Source of the DNA: Eledone cirrhosa | Taxonomy: Eukaryota | Length of the DNA stretch: 64,000 nucleotides | Direction: 5' to 3' | Assembly (NCBI GenBank): GCA_964016885.1 | Contig: OZ024742.1 | Coordinates: 366,916,001-366,980,000, forward strand | Shown: positions 30,001 to 42,186 of the stretch, one piece after another | Numbering within the stretch: the first letter of the stretch is position 1 | Layout: the number at the start of each line of letters is the position of its first letter | Notes under the pieces: model-generated | What the model was told of the DNA's origin: nothing | What the model saw: only the letters and a program-made list of their open reading frames with translations | The model's database searches: none | Translations under genes and position numbers: made by a program

Positions 30001-33000
30001 TCCACTAACCCCTTCCCCACAACACTCTCTATGACAGTTCCACTAACCCCTTCCCCACAACACTCTCTATGACAGTTCCACTAACCCCTTCCCCACAACA
30101 CTCTCTATGACAGTTCCACTAACCCCTTCCCCTCAACACTCTCTATGACAGTTCCACTAACACCTTCCCCACAACACTCTCTATGACAGTTCCACTAACC
30201 CCTTCCCCACAACACTCTCTATGACAGTTCCACTAACCCCTTCCCCACAACACTCTCTATGACAGTTCCACTAACCCCTTCCCCACAACACTCTCTATGA
30301 CAGTTCCACTAACCCCTTCCCCTCTACACTCTCTATGACAGTTCCACTAACCCCTTCCCCTCTACACTCTCTATGACAGTTCCACTAACCCCTTCCCCAC
30401 AACACTCTCTATGACAGTTCCACTAACCCCTTCCCCTCTACACTCTCTATGACAGTTCCACTAACACCTTCCCCACAACACTCTCTATGACAGTTCCACT
30501 AACCCCTTCCCCACAACACTCTCTATGACAGTTCCACTAACACCTTCCCCACAACACTCTCTATGACAGTTCCACTAACCCCTTCCCCACAACACTCTCT
30601 ATGACAGTTCCACTAACACCTTCCCCTCTACACTCTCTATGACAGTTCCACTAACACCTTCCCCACAACACTCTCTATGACAGTTCCACTAACCCCTTCC
30701 CCACAACACTCTCTATGACAGTTCCACTAACACCTTCCCCACAACACTCTCTATGACAGTTCCACTAACCCCTTCCCCACAACACTCTCTATGACAGTTC
30801 CACTAACCCCTTCCCCACAACACTCTCTATGACAGTTCCACTAACCCCTTCCCCACAACACTCTCTATGACAGTTCCACTAACCCCTTCCCCACAACACT
30901 CTCTATGACAGTTCCACTAACCCCTTCCCCACAACACTCTCTATGACAGTTCCACTAACACCTTCCCCACAACACTCTCTATGACAGTTCCACTAACCCC
31001 TTCCCCACAACACTCTCTATGACAGTTCCACTAACCCCTTCCCCTCTACACTCTCTATGACAGTTCCACTAACACCTTCCCCACAACACTCTCTATGACA
31101 GTTCCACTAACCCCTTCCCCACAACACTCTCTATGACAGTTCCACTAACCCCTTCCCCACAACACTCTCTATGACAGTTCCACTAACCCCTTCCCCACAA
31201 CACTCTCTATGACAGTTCCACTAACCCCTTCCCCACAACACTCTCTATGACAGTTCCACTAACCCCTTCCCCACAACACTCTCTATGACAGTTCCACTAA
31301 CCCCTTCCCCTCTACACTCTCTATGACAGTTCCACTAACACCTTCCCCACAACACTCTCTATGACAGTTCCACTAACCCCTTCCCCACAACACTCTCTAT
31401 GACAGTTCCACTAACCCCTTCCCCACAACACTCTCTATGACAGTTCCACTAACCCCTTCCCCACAACACTCTCTATGACAGTTCCACTAACCCCTTCCCC
31501 ACAACACTCTCTATGACAGTTCCACTAACCCCTTCCCCACAACACTCTCTATGACAGTTCCACTAACCCCTTCCCCACAACACTCTCTATGACAGTTCCA
31601 CTAACCCCTTCCCCTCTACACTCTCTATGACAGTTCCACTAACCCCTTCCCCACAACACTCTCTATGACAGTTCCACTAACCCCTTCCCCACAACACTCT
31701 CTATGACAGTTCCACTAACCCCTTCCCCTCTACACTCTCTATGACAGTTCCACTAACACCTTCCCCACAACACTCTCTATGACAGTTCCACTAACCCCTT
31801 CCCCACAACACTCTCTATGACAGTTCCACTAACCCCTTCCCCTCTACACTCTCTATGACAGTTCCACTAACACCTTCCCCACAACACTCTCTATGACAGT
31901 TCCACTAACCCCTTCCCCACAACACTCTCTATGACAGTTCCACTAACCCCTTCCCCACAAACACTCTCTATGACAGTTCCACTAACCCCTTCCCCACAAC
32001 ACTCTCTATGACAGTTCCACTAACCCCTTCCCCACAACACTCTCTATGACAGTTCCACTAACCCCTTCCCCACAACACTCTCTATGACAGTTCCACTAAC
32101 CCCTTCCCCTCTACACTCTCTATGACAGTTCCACTAACCCCTTCCCCTCTACACTCTCTATGACAGTTCCACTAACCCCTTCCCCACAACACTCTCTATG
32201 ACAGTTCCACTAACCCCTTCCCCACAACACTCTCTATGACAGTTCCACTAACCCCTTCCCCACAACACTCTCTATGACAGTTCCACTAACCCCTTCCCCT
32301 CTACACTCTCTATGACAGTTCCACTAACCCCTTCCCCTCTACACTCTCTATGACAGTTCCACTAACCCCTTCCCCTCTACACTCTCTATGACAGTTCCAC
32401 TAACCCCTTCCCCTCTACACTCTCTATGACAGTTCCACTAACCCCTTCCCCTCTACACTCTCTATGACAGTTCCACTAACCCCTTCCCCACAACACTCTC
32501 TATGACAGTTCCACTAACACCTCCCCCACAACACTCTCTATGACAGTTCCACTAACCCCTTCCCCACAACACTCTCTATGACAGTTCCACTAACCCCTTC
32601 CCCACAACACTCTCTATGACAGTTCCACTAACCCCTTCCCCACAACACTCTCTATGACAGTTCCACTAACCCCTTCCCCACAACACTCTCTATGACAGTT
32701 CCACTAACCCCTTCCCCACAACACTCTCTATGACAGTTCCACTAACCCCTTCCCCTCTACACTCTCTATGACAGTTCCACTAACCCCTTCCCCACAACAC
32801 TCTCTATGACAGTTCCACTAACACCTCCCCCACAACACTCTCTATGACAGTTCCACTAACCCCTTCCCCACAACACTCTCTATGACAGTTCCACTAACCC
32901 CTTCCCCACAACACTCTCTATGACAGTTCCACTAACCCCTTCCCCACAACACTCTCTATGACAGTTCCACTAACCCCTTCCCCTCTACACTCTCTATGAC

Positions 33001-34858
33001 AGTTCCACTAACCCCTTCCCCTCTACACTCTCTATGACAGTTCCACTAACCCCTTCCCCACAACACTCTCTATGACAGTTCCACTAACCCCTTCCCCACA
33101 ACACTCTCTATGACAGTTCCACTAACCCCTTCCCCACAACACTCTCTATGACAGTTCCACTAACCCCTTCCCCACAACACTCTCTATGACAGTTCCACTA
33201 ACCCCTTCCCCACAACACTCTCTATGACAGTTCCACTAACCCCTTCCCCACAACACTCTCTATGACAGTTCCACTAACCCCTTCCCCACAACACTCTCTA
33301 TGACAGTTCCACTAACCCCTTCCCCTCTACACTCTCTATGACAGTTCCACTAACCCCTTCCCCTCTACACTCTCTATGACAGTTCCACTAACACCTTCCC
33401 CACAACTATCTCTATGACAGTTCCACTAACACCTTCCCCACAACACTCTCTATGACAGTTCCACTAACCCCTTCCCCACAACACTCTCTATGACAGTTCC
33501 ACTAACCCCTTCCCCACAACACTCTCTATGACAGTTCCACTAACACCTCCCCCACAACTATCTCTATGACAGTTCCACTAACACCTTCCCCACAACACTC
33601 TCTATGACAGTTCCACTAACACCTTCCCCACAACTATCTCTATGACAGTTCCACTAACACCTTCCCCACAACTATCTCTATGACAGTTCCACTAACACCT
33701 CCCCCACAACTATCTCTATGACAGTTCCACTAACCCCTTCCCCACAACTATCTCTATGACAGTTCCACTAACACCTTCCCCACAACTATCTCTATGACAG
33801 TTCCACTAACACCTCCCCCACAACTATCTCTATGACAGTTCCACTAACACCTTCCCCACAACACTCTCTATGACAGTTCCACTAACACCTTCCCCACAAC
33901 TATCTCTATGACAGTTCCACTAACACCTTCCCCACAACTATCTCTATGACAGTTCCACTAACACCTTCCCCACAACTATCTCTATGACAGTTCCACTAAC
34001 CCCTTCCCCACAACACTCTCTATGACAGTTCCACTAACACCTCCCCCACAACTATCTCTATGACAGTTCCACTAACACCTTCCCCACAACTATCTCTATG
34101 ACAGTTCCACTAACACCTTCCCCACAACTATCTCTATGACAGTTCCACTAACACCTCCCCCACAACTATCTCTATGACAGTTCCACTAACCCCTTCCCCA
34201 CAACTATCTCTATGACAGTTCCACTAACACCTTCCCCACAACTATCTCTATGACAGTTCCACTAACACCTCCCCCACAACTATCTCTATGACAGTTCCAC
34301 TAACACCTTCCCCACAACACTCTCTATGACAGTTCCACTAACACCTTCCCCACAACTATCTCTATGACAGTTCCACTAACACCTTCCCCACAACTATCTC
34401 TATGACAGTTCCACTAACACCTTCCCCACAACTATCTCTATGACAGTTCCACTAACACCTCCCCCACAACTATCTCTATGACAGTTCCACTAACACCTTC
34501 CCCACAACACTCTCTATGACAGTTCCACTAACACCTTCCCCACAACTATCTCTATGACAGTTCCACTAACACCTTCCCCACAACTATCTCTATGACAGTT
34601 CCACTAACACCTCCCCCACAACTATCTCTATGACAGTTCCACTAACCCCTTCCCCACAACTATCTCTATGACAGTTCCACTAACACCTCCCCCACAACTA
34701 TCTCTATGACAGTTCCACTAACACCTCCCCCACAACTATCTCTATGACAGTTCCACTAACCCCTTCCCCACAACTATCTCTATGACAGTTCCACTAACAC
34801 CTCCCCCACAACTATCTCTATGACAGTTCCACTAACACCTCCCCCACAACTATCTCTA
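1..34858. repeat. 38-bp tandem satellite array, ~910 units; consensus ACACTCTCTATGACAGTTCCACTAACCCCTTCCCC(TCT/ACA)
   Basis: ACACTCTCT starts at 4 and again at 42, giving period 38. The array runs to TATCTCTA at 34858, then ends abruptly. It is open at the left edge of the window. Confidence 0.99.
13326..13525. other. Assembly gap (200 N) inside the satellite
   Basis: Run of N with the same satellite in the same orientation on both sides. Confidence 0.99.
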
Positions 34859-34913
34859 CGGTGTTTCAACCCAGGAAATAACTTCCATACATTATATTCA
34901 CTAATGTTATTTC

Positions 34914-35098
34914 GGTGGATTGGCAGTATTGGTAGAGGGTCGGACCCATGCTCTCCAGCATAGTTACGTCCCTTTACAGTCTGAGTTCAAATCCCGCCGA
35001 GGTTCACTTTGCCTTTCATCCTTACTGTGTCGATAAAATAGAGTACCAGTAATGTACTGGGTGTTTGCTGGCCTTGTGCCAAAAGTAGAAACAGTTAT
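34914..35098 (+). mobile_element. tRNA-derived SINE, family S1
   Basis: A-box-like TGGCAGTATTGG, B-box GAGTTCAAATCCC, body GCCTTTCATCCTTAC..GTCGATAAAATA.AGTACCAG, tail GGCCTTGTGCCAAAAGTAGAAACAGTTATT. Many copies in the window. Confidence 0.85.
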
Positions 35099-35169
35099 TT
35101 AACTAAAACCAACAGAAATAATCTTCAGTAATAGAAATTAATTATATTTTCTCAAATAATTTTGTTGTA

Positions 35170-35342
35170 CGTTTGTTGTTGTTGTTGTTGATGTCGTTGC
35201 TGTTGTTGTTGATGCCGTTGTTGTTACTATTTTTGTTGTTGCTGTTATTATTGTAGTTGTTGTTGATGTCGTTGATGTCGTTGTTGTTGATGTCGTCGTT
35301 GTTGTTGCTGTTGTTGTTGTTGTTATTCTTGTAGTTGTTGTT
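35170..35342. repeat. Degenerate (GTT)n microsatellite
   Basis: GTT/GAT/GTC triplets. Confidence 0.9.
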
Positions 35343-35458
35343 CTTTATATAATTTGTCAGCTGAATGTCACATAAATATTTTATTAGACAAAGTTGACTT
35401 GAAAATTACCAAGCTCCGTTTCTTCAAATTACCTTTCTCAATATATATATATATATAT

Positions 35459-35539
<81 letters not shown>

Positions 35540-35564
35540 TGCGGAAATATGTTCATGCAAATAT

Positions 35565-36256
35565 GTATGTATATTAGTGTAAACTTAGGAATGTATGTAT
35601 ATATTTATGTGTATATTAGTGTAAACTTAGGAATGTATGTATATATTTATGTGTATATTAGTGTAGACTTAGGAGTGTATGTATATATTTATGTGTATAT
35701 TAGTGTAGACTTAGGAGTGTATGTATATATTTATGTGTATATTAGTGTAGACTTAGGAATGTATGTATATATTTATGTGTATATTAGTGTAGACTTAGGA
35801 GTGTATGTATATATTTATGTGTATATTAGTGTAGACTTAGGAGTGTATGTATATATTTATGTGTATACTAGTGTAGACTTAGGAGTGTATGTATATATTT
35901 ATGTGTATATTAGTGTAGACTTAGGAATGTATGTATATATTTATGTGTATATTAGTGTAGACTTAGGAATGTATGTATATATTTATGTGTATATTAGTGT
36001 AGACTTAGGAGTGTATGTATATATTTATGTGTATATTAGTGTAGACTTAGGAGTGTATGTATATATTTATGTGTATATTAGTGTAGACTTAGGAGTGTAT
36101 GTATATATTTATGTGTATATTAGTGTAGACTTAGGAGTGTATGTATATATTTATGTGTATATTAGTGTAGACTTAGGAGTGTATGTATATATTTATGTGT
36201 ATACTAGTGTAGACTTAGGAATGTATGTATATATTTATATGTATATTAGTGTAGAC
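35565..36256. repeat. 42-bp minisatellite, ~16 copies (TAGTGTAGACTTAGGAGTGTATGTATATATTTATGTGTATAT)
   Basis: Direct tandem copies; they explain the 14-aa periodic ORF 35549..36277. Confidence 0.95.
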
Positions 36257-36305
36257 ATACACATATATATGATATGATCACTACAGCTGATCACTGACCG
36301 AAACA

Positions 36306-36412
36306 GAACAATACTGACCACTACTATGGAACAATACTGACCACTACTATGGAACAATACTGACCACTACTATGGAACAATACTGACCACTACTATGGAA
36401 CAATACTGACCA
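36306..36412. repeat. 23-bp minisatellite (GAACAATACTGACCACTACTATG), ~4.5 copies
   Basis: Direct tandem copies. Confidence 0.92.
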
Positions 36413-36463
36413 CAAAACACTACCAATGATTACTATCTCTCTCACACTCTTTCTCTCTCTCTA

Positions 36464-36508
<45 letters not shown>

Positions 36509-36643
36509 TTTGTTCCCTAACGTAATAGTTCAGTAACCAATCGATTGATCACCGAAATTAAATAGTTTGTCCTGTATGACCTCACACCAGTCCAGTCATT
36601 AATACCAAAACAGTGAAAGTTCTCATACATTATTATTATTATT

Positions 36644-36838
36644 TGGATTGGCAGTATCGGTAGAGCATCAAAAACCATGCTTTACAGCATAGAGTTACAT
36701 CCCTTTACGGTCTGAGTTCGAAAGCCGCCGAGGTTAACTTTGTCTTTCACCCTTACGGAGTCGATAAAATAAAAGTACCAGTAATACACTGGCGTAATTG
36801 CTGGCCTTGTGCCAAAAGTGGAAAACAATTGTTATTAT
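36644..36838 (+). mobile_element. SINE S1 copy
   Basis: Aligns by eye with 34914-35098 (TGGCAGTATCGG ... GAGTTCGAAAGCC ... GGCCTTGTGCCAAAAG). Confidence 0.85.
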
Positions 36839-36842
36839 TGAT

Positions 36843-37012
36843 AGGCGATAGTTTGGCAGTATCAGGAGAGTGTAGTTACGGCCCTTTGCGTTCTGAGTTC
36901 AAATCTCGCTGATGTTAACTTTACCTTTCACCCTACGGGGTTGATAAGATAAAGTACCAGTAACACATTGGGGTCGATTTGATCGATTTCCCCTCGCCCA
37001 AATATTGTTGGA
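36843..37012 (+). mobile_element. SINE S1-related subfamily copy
   Basis: Same head and B-box (GAGTTCAAATCTC) with a different 3' part (GGGGTCGATTTGATCGA). Confidence 0.75.
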
Positions 37013-37016
37013 CATC

Positions 37017-37208
37017 ATGGATTGGCAGTATCGGTAGAGGATCGGACGCCATGCTTTGCAGCATAGAGTTACGGCCTTTTATGGTCTGAGTTCAAATCCC
37101 GCCGAGGTTAACTTTGCCTTTCATCCTTATGGGGTCGAGAAAATAAAGTACCAGTAATACACTGGGTTAATTGCTGGCCTTGTGCTTAAGGTAGAAACAA
37201 TTATTATT
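37017..37208 (+). mobile_element. SINE S1 copy
   Basis: Full head, B-box GAGTTCAAATCCC and (ATT)n tail. Confidence 0.85.
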
Positions 37209-38050
37209 GCTAGCAGAAAACCACCCTTCAGGTGGTTTTCTGCTAGCATGTGTAGTGTGCATGTTTATAGTATACACAAGTATATATGCATGTAGATATG
37301 ATACGTCAAATAAAATCGTAATTGACAATAAGCATAGAAATTGAAGAGAGACTGTGTTACACTGTCTTCTGTAATCAGTAACGTAATCCGTGATACATTA
37401 AAAAAAAGACGATATTATATATAAACTGTATTAGGGTGAAATGTCATGAAAACGAAAAAGGAGAAAATTAGCGACGCAAATATTTGAACGTTATAAATGT
37501 GATGTGATATAGCGTACGGCTATAAGTGTTATGATATAACGGACGCTAACCGGAAGTATTGACATTTGAATCTTAAAATACGCAATACATTATATATATG
37601 AATATTTATGTTTAATTAAGAGCTACGAAATGTAGTAGATGAATTATATAATATTCATTAATGATTTATTCAAAGTAATTCAACTTATTTTTATATAAAT
37701 CCTTTGCTTTGTAGATTATGTGTCTATGAAGGTAAAACATAATTGCACCTCACCACGCTTAAACATGAAGGGCTTTTACTCGAAATCCTAGGCTTCTCCC
37801 ACATTATGGATCACTCATGACAAACACACACCCTAAACATAGCTAGGTCCCTATCTAATGCTCACCCAAAACATTATGCCGCTCTACAATGCCCATGTAA
37901 AACTCCCAATAAAGTAATTTTCCCTATAACTCAGAGGGTGCTGCTGCCACGCATGCGGCCTAGTCCACACCCAGAAAACGGCCATTCGTCCGATTGGCAT
38001 AGAGTCATTGACAGTCAAGCTCCCATATTTCTACCGCTACTAAAATTGTA

Positions 38051-38216
38051 CCTACTCCACGAGGTCGGTATCTACTCCGCGGGGTTTTCTATCTACTCCG
38101 CCGGGTTTGCTATCTACCCCGCGGGGTTTGGTATCTATACCGCTAGGTTCGCTATCTACTCCACGAGGTTTGCTATCTAGCCCCGAGGCAAACGCCATCC
38201 ACTCCACGGGGTTTGA
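38051..38216. repeat. Degenerate 21-bp GC-rich minisatellite (TATCTACTCCGCGGGGTTTGC), ~8 copies
   Basis: Tandem copies; they explain the 7-aa periodic ORFs here. Confidence 0.85.
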
Positions 38217-38359
38217 TGACCCCATACCACCTTTACTCAGGCCCTTACACCGCATTCGTCTTTCGTCCTCCCCAGAACACACACACACTCCCATATACAC
38301 ACATACATACACATACACTCACTCATACACATACACACACACACACACATACATACACA

Positions 38360-38476
38360 GGCGCGTGGCTGAGTGGTTAGAGAGTTGGATTCACAATCAT
38401 GAGGTTGTGAGTATAATTCTCGGACCAGGCGATGTGTTGTATCCTTGAGCAAGACACTTTATTTCACGTTGCTCCT
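38360..38476 (+). mobile_element. Second tRNA-derived SINE family, 5' part
   Basis: A-box TGGCTGAGTGG, degenerate B-box GAGTATAATTCTC, then TCCTTGAGCAAGACACTT, a typical conserved SINE body motif. Confidence 0.7.
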
Positions 38477-39072
38477 TCTACCACGGCCAAGCTAACGAAT
38501 GCAGAATCGGTCTGTAGCTTTAGCACTCGGATGGGGAAAAGAACCCCAGAGTAATAACAATACGTTCAGACAGCTTAGAAAATCAGATATAGCGGTCGGC
38601 AGTCCAGCCGCATCACTAGAGCAACGAAAATACAGGACCCAGGAAAATATGTGATACTGACCCGGACATAGCGGTGAGGCTGAATGCAAAATATATAATG
38701 TACATCCTATATCACACAATATACATCACATACAGCACCCAACATCAGCGCTAAGTTTCTGCACATCCAAGATCGACAAATTCCGCAGGAGTCTGCAATA
38801 TAATGGTTTTTGACGTCAGAACATAGGATTTACTTCTTCAGCAAGTCTTTCGTTCTTAGCCTGGGCGGGCATGTCGTAGCTTTAAATTTCGCCACAGACA
38901 CGTGGTTTTCTCCAAAGGAGGTAACCCCCGCTTAGGCGGTGAATTCCAATTTGAGATAAAGGAATGAATCCCTCTAGACAAACCGAATTAAGCACTCAAC
39001 CAGAAGTTATCAAACAAACATAAACAATTAATCAATCAATAGAATCATCTAATTAAATTAATCAGTTAATCG

Positions 39073-39126
<54 letters not shown>

Positions 39127-39334
39127 TACAATGTATGTGTGTGTTTAGAGAATGTAGAAAGTCTCGAACGCAGAAAATAACTATATATAGTTTAGAAAAT
39201 CGGTAAGATACCCGTATAGACGAAGAAAGTGGCCAGCAGCCGGTACAGAAAGTCGAACCCTGTATCTCACAAATTCCAGTAAAACAATCTGCACCATTTA
39301 ACTGAACGATCTTTAACTACAGTTAGGTATAAAT

Positions 39335-39564
39335 CAGTGGTTCTCAATGATGGGCCAGGGGCCCACTCAGTGCGCCCGGGACAATTTTGAGTGGGCCCGG
39401 AGAAATTTCAGTGGGTATGGAAATTTTTTCAGACTTTCTTGGAACTTAAGATCACACAAAATTTAAATGCAGTTGGCATCATATGGGGGTAAGTGTTCCA
39501 GAATGCCCTGGCAATTTCTAGGGAGTAAAGTGGGCCGGGAGAACAAAAAGATTGAGAATCACTA
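39335..39564. mobile_element. hAT (Charlie-type) MITE, with a further 3'-end fragment at 39630-39697
   Basis: Termini CAGTGGTTCTCAA ... TTGAGAATCACTA; 8-bp flanks GTATAAAT/GTATATAT (one mismatch); internal GTGGGCCC motifs. Confidence 0.75.
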
Positions 39565-39767
39565 GTATATATATCATGTGGGGGTTATAGTCCGGAATAG
39601 TTTTTGAGCACTAGTTTACGCTTGTAAAATAAGTGGGCCCGGACATTTTTCGGGAGCTAAAAGTGGGCCCGGGGGTCAAAAAAGTTGAGAAATACTGGTC
39701 TAAATAGAAGTTTAATATCAGCTTTTCATGTGTGACAAATTGTATAAATAATAATTATAAAAATGTC

Positions 39768-39820
39768 AAGGGCGGTGCCCCAGCATGGCCTCAGCCGGAT
39801 GGCTGAAACAGGTAAAAGAG
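39768..39820 (+). mobile_element. Probable SINE 3'-tail fragment
   Basis: GGCGGTGCCCCAGCATGGCC.CAG....TG.CTGAAACA.GTAAAAGA resembles a cephalopod SINE 3' end as I remember it. Single copy here. Confidence 0.5.
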
Positions 39821-40065
39821 TAATCATTGAAGCGTAGAATGCGTTGAATTTCTTAGAAAACTTTAAAAATCCCAATCGCAGGAAGTAGCTATGACACTTT
39901 AAATAGCCCTTCAAAAGGAAAAGATGCGTAACAGCCGATACAGAGAACCGAACTCTGTACCTGTGGGTGTATATATATTTTCACACACGCACATATATAG
40001 ATATACACCACCATCACTTCCCGCACAATGACGCTCTAAATGTGGGAGATCGTTTCGCTCCACCA

Positions 40066-40725
40066 TATATGTGTGTAATATACATATATATGTACGTGTG
40101 TAATATACATATATATGTATGTGTGTGTAATATACATATATATATATGTACGTGTGTAATATACATATATATGTATGTGTGTGTAATATACATATATATA
40201 TATATATATGTGTAATATACATATATATGTATGTGTGTGTAATATACATATATATGTATGTGTGTGTAATATACATATATATATATATATGTGTAATATA
40301 CATATATATATATATATATGTGTAATATACATATATATGTATGTGTGTGTAATATACATATATATATATATATATGTCTAATATACATATATATGTATGT
40401 GTGTGTAATATACATATATATGTATGTGTGTGTAATATACATATATATGTATGTGTGTGTAATATACATATATATATATGTGTAATATACATATATATGT
40501 ATGTGTGTGTAATATACATATATATATATATATGTGTAATATACATATATATATATATATATGTGTAATATACATATATATGTATGTGTGTGTAATATAC
40601 ATATATATATATATATGTGTAATATACATATATATGTATGTGTGTGTAATATACATATATATGTATGTGTGTGTAATATACATATATATATATATATATG
40701 TGTGTAATATATATATATATGTATG
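40066..40725. repeat. Compound TA/TG minisatellite (~27-bp unit GTAATATACATATATATGTATGTGTGT)
   Basis: Tandem copies with variable TA number. Confidence 0.95.
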
Positions 40726-41088
40726 TAGACGGTCACCCAGGCTGGCAACTGTTGGCTCTGGCCGCCTTCAGGTCTTAAACCTTTCTCTCTACTTTTCAGC
40801 CCTTGGAATATGTCTACCATTATTATATTCCTTTATTAGATAAATTGTGTAACACCTGATGATGTCACCGGGTTCCTGCGAAGCCCGGTCATTGAAATGC
40901 ACATAGTGTTTATAATAAACCTTTTAAGGAGTTTCACCAGTCCAGCCTCCGTTCTGGCACCATCAGCAAGATTCAACATAAACGAAGATGGATGACATGT
41001 ATTACGTCGAGTACTATTCCTAATATTACATCACGGTTGACTATACTGAATGACCAGTTCTATCCAGTGGTGAACCAACAAACCTAGA
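40726..41088 (+). mobile_element. Penelope-like pseudo-LTR fragment, family A
   Basis: Homologous to 54965-55270(-) (TTTTCAGCCC, hammerhead, AATAAACCTTT, TCCAGCCTCC, CAGTGGTGAACC.CAAACCT). Flanked by microsatellites. Confidence 0.7.
40851..40910 (+). ncRNA. Minimal type I hammerhead ribozyme (family A)
   Basis: AACAC-CTGATGA-(ACCGGG..CCCGGT stem II)-GAAA-TGCACA-TA-GTGTT. Stem I is AACAC/GTGTT, the site is AUA, and AATAAA follows. Confidence 0.75.
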
Positions 41089-41091
41089 TAC

Positions 41092-41181
<90 letters not shown>

Positions 41182-41526
41182 TAATATATATATTTACTCA
41201 TTCTTTATGATGTCTAAGCGGTGAGACTTGTACTCTCTTGTTATATTTTTACAGCCACAATATCATCAAACAAAATATGTTTGGAGATCCTGTAAGTACA
41301 CAGTTGAAACTCCAGAGTAACACAACTCACTATTTAGTTCTCATCCTCAGGTCCCTCAATATCTCACGTATACATATCTTTCCTATGTATATATATCGGT
41401 ATGTGGTTGACGGTTGAGGACAATAGTACTCAATACCAAAGTAGAATCTATATTATATTAAGTCTAAATAGTTAGTGTTATTACTCTGGCCTTATGCCAA
41501 AAAGTAGAAACAGTGATTACTCTGGA

Positions 41527-41712
41527 GTGGTGGATATGCAGTATCAGTAGAGAGTCGGACGCCATGCTTTCCAGCATAGTTACGTCCCTTTACGGTCTGA
41601 GTTCAAATCCCGCCGAGGTTAACTTTGTCTTTCATCCTTACGAGGTCGATAAAATAAAGTACCAGTAATGCACTGGGATAATTGCTGGCCTTGTGCCAAA
41701 AGTAGAAACAGT
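41527..41712 (+). mobile_element. SINE S1 copy (extra tail fragment at 41485-41520)
   Basis: B-box GAGTTCAAATCCC plus conserved body and tail. Confidence 0.85.
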
Positions 41713-42186
41713 ACTTACTCTGGAGTTTCACCTGTTTACCACCGAGACATAAACAGGCGAAACTCCAGAGAAACAACATTCACTGTTTAACCTTAATAAA
41801 ATATATATAATGAAAAAATAAAACTCCATTTACTTTTCTTGTTGTGGTTGTTCCTGAGTTATATGTAGGATCTGTAATATAAAGATGGCCTTTCGTTGTT
41901 ATTTGCTCTGTAGTGGTGTTCATCGGTGTTTAGCAGATAATTAAACTTGTGTTATTTGCACTGTTGTTCTTGTGTTCATAGATGTTTGGCAGATAATTTT
42001 AATTAAGTCCCAAAGAAACTGTCGGAATGAATTCTATTTCCTCTAGGTTTTAATAAAGAGACCAATATTTCACAGCCAATTTCGATAGAGGCGTGTGAAG
42101 TGGGTCGAGGGGCTGTGTCAGAATCAATCAACTTGTTTTCATCAATGAATTGCTTGTTTTCAATGAATGTCTGCTGTTGTTGGCTT

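Noticed and set aside
1-34858. CRISPR array or protein-coding repeat
   Set aside because: Units abut with no unique spacers, there are no cas genes, and the context is eukaryotic. 38 is not a multiple of 3 and stops recur on both strands.
35368-36277. 242-aa and 62-aa ORFs
   Set aside because: Translations of the 42-bp minisatellite and (TA)n.
37540-37740. ETS motif CCGGAAGT and a 17-nt micro-exon candidate at 37715-37731
   Set aside because: Short motifs expected by chance, with no supporting gene.
38360-38430. tRNA gene
   Set aside because: Degenerate B-box, no acceptor stem, and it continues into a SINE body.
37938-38452. Overlapping ORFs with 7-aa periodicity
   Set aside because: Produced by a 21-bp minisatellite, (CA)n and a SINE head.
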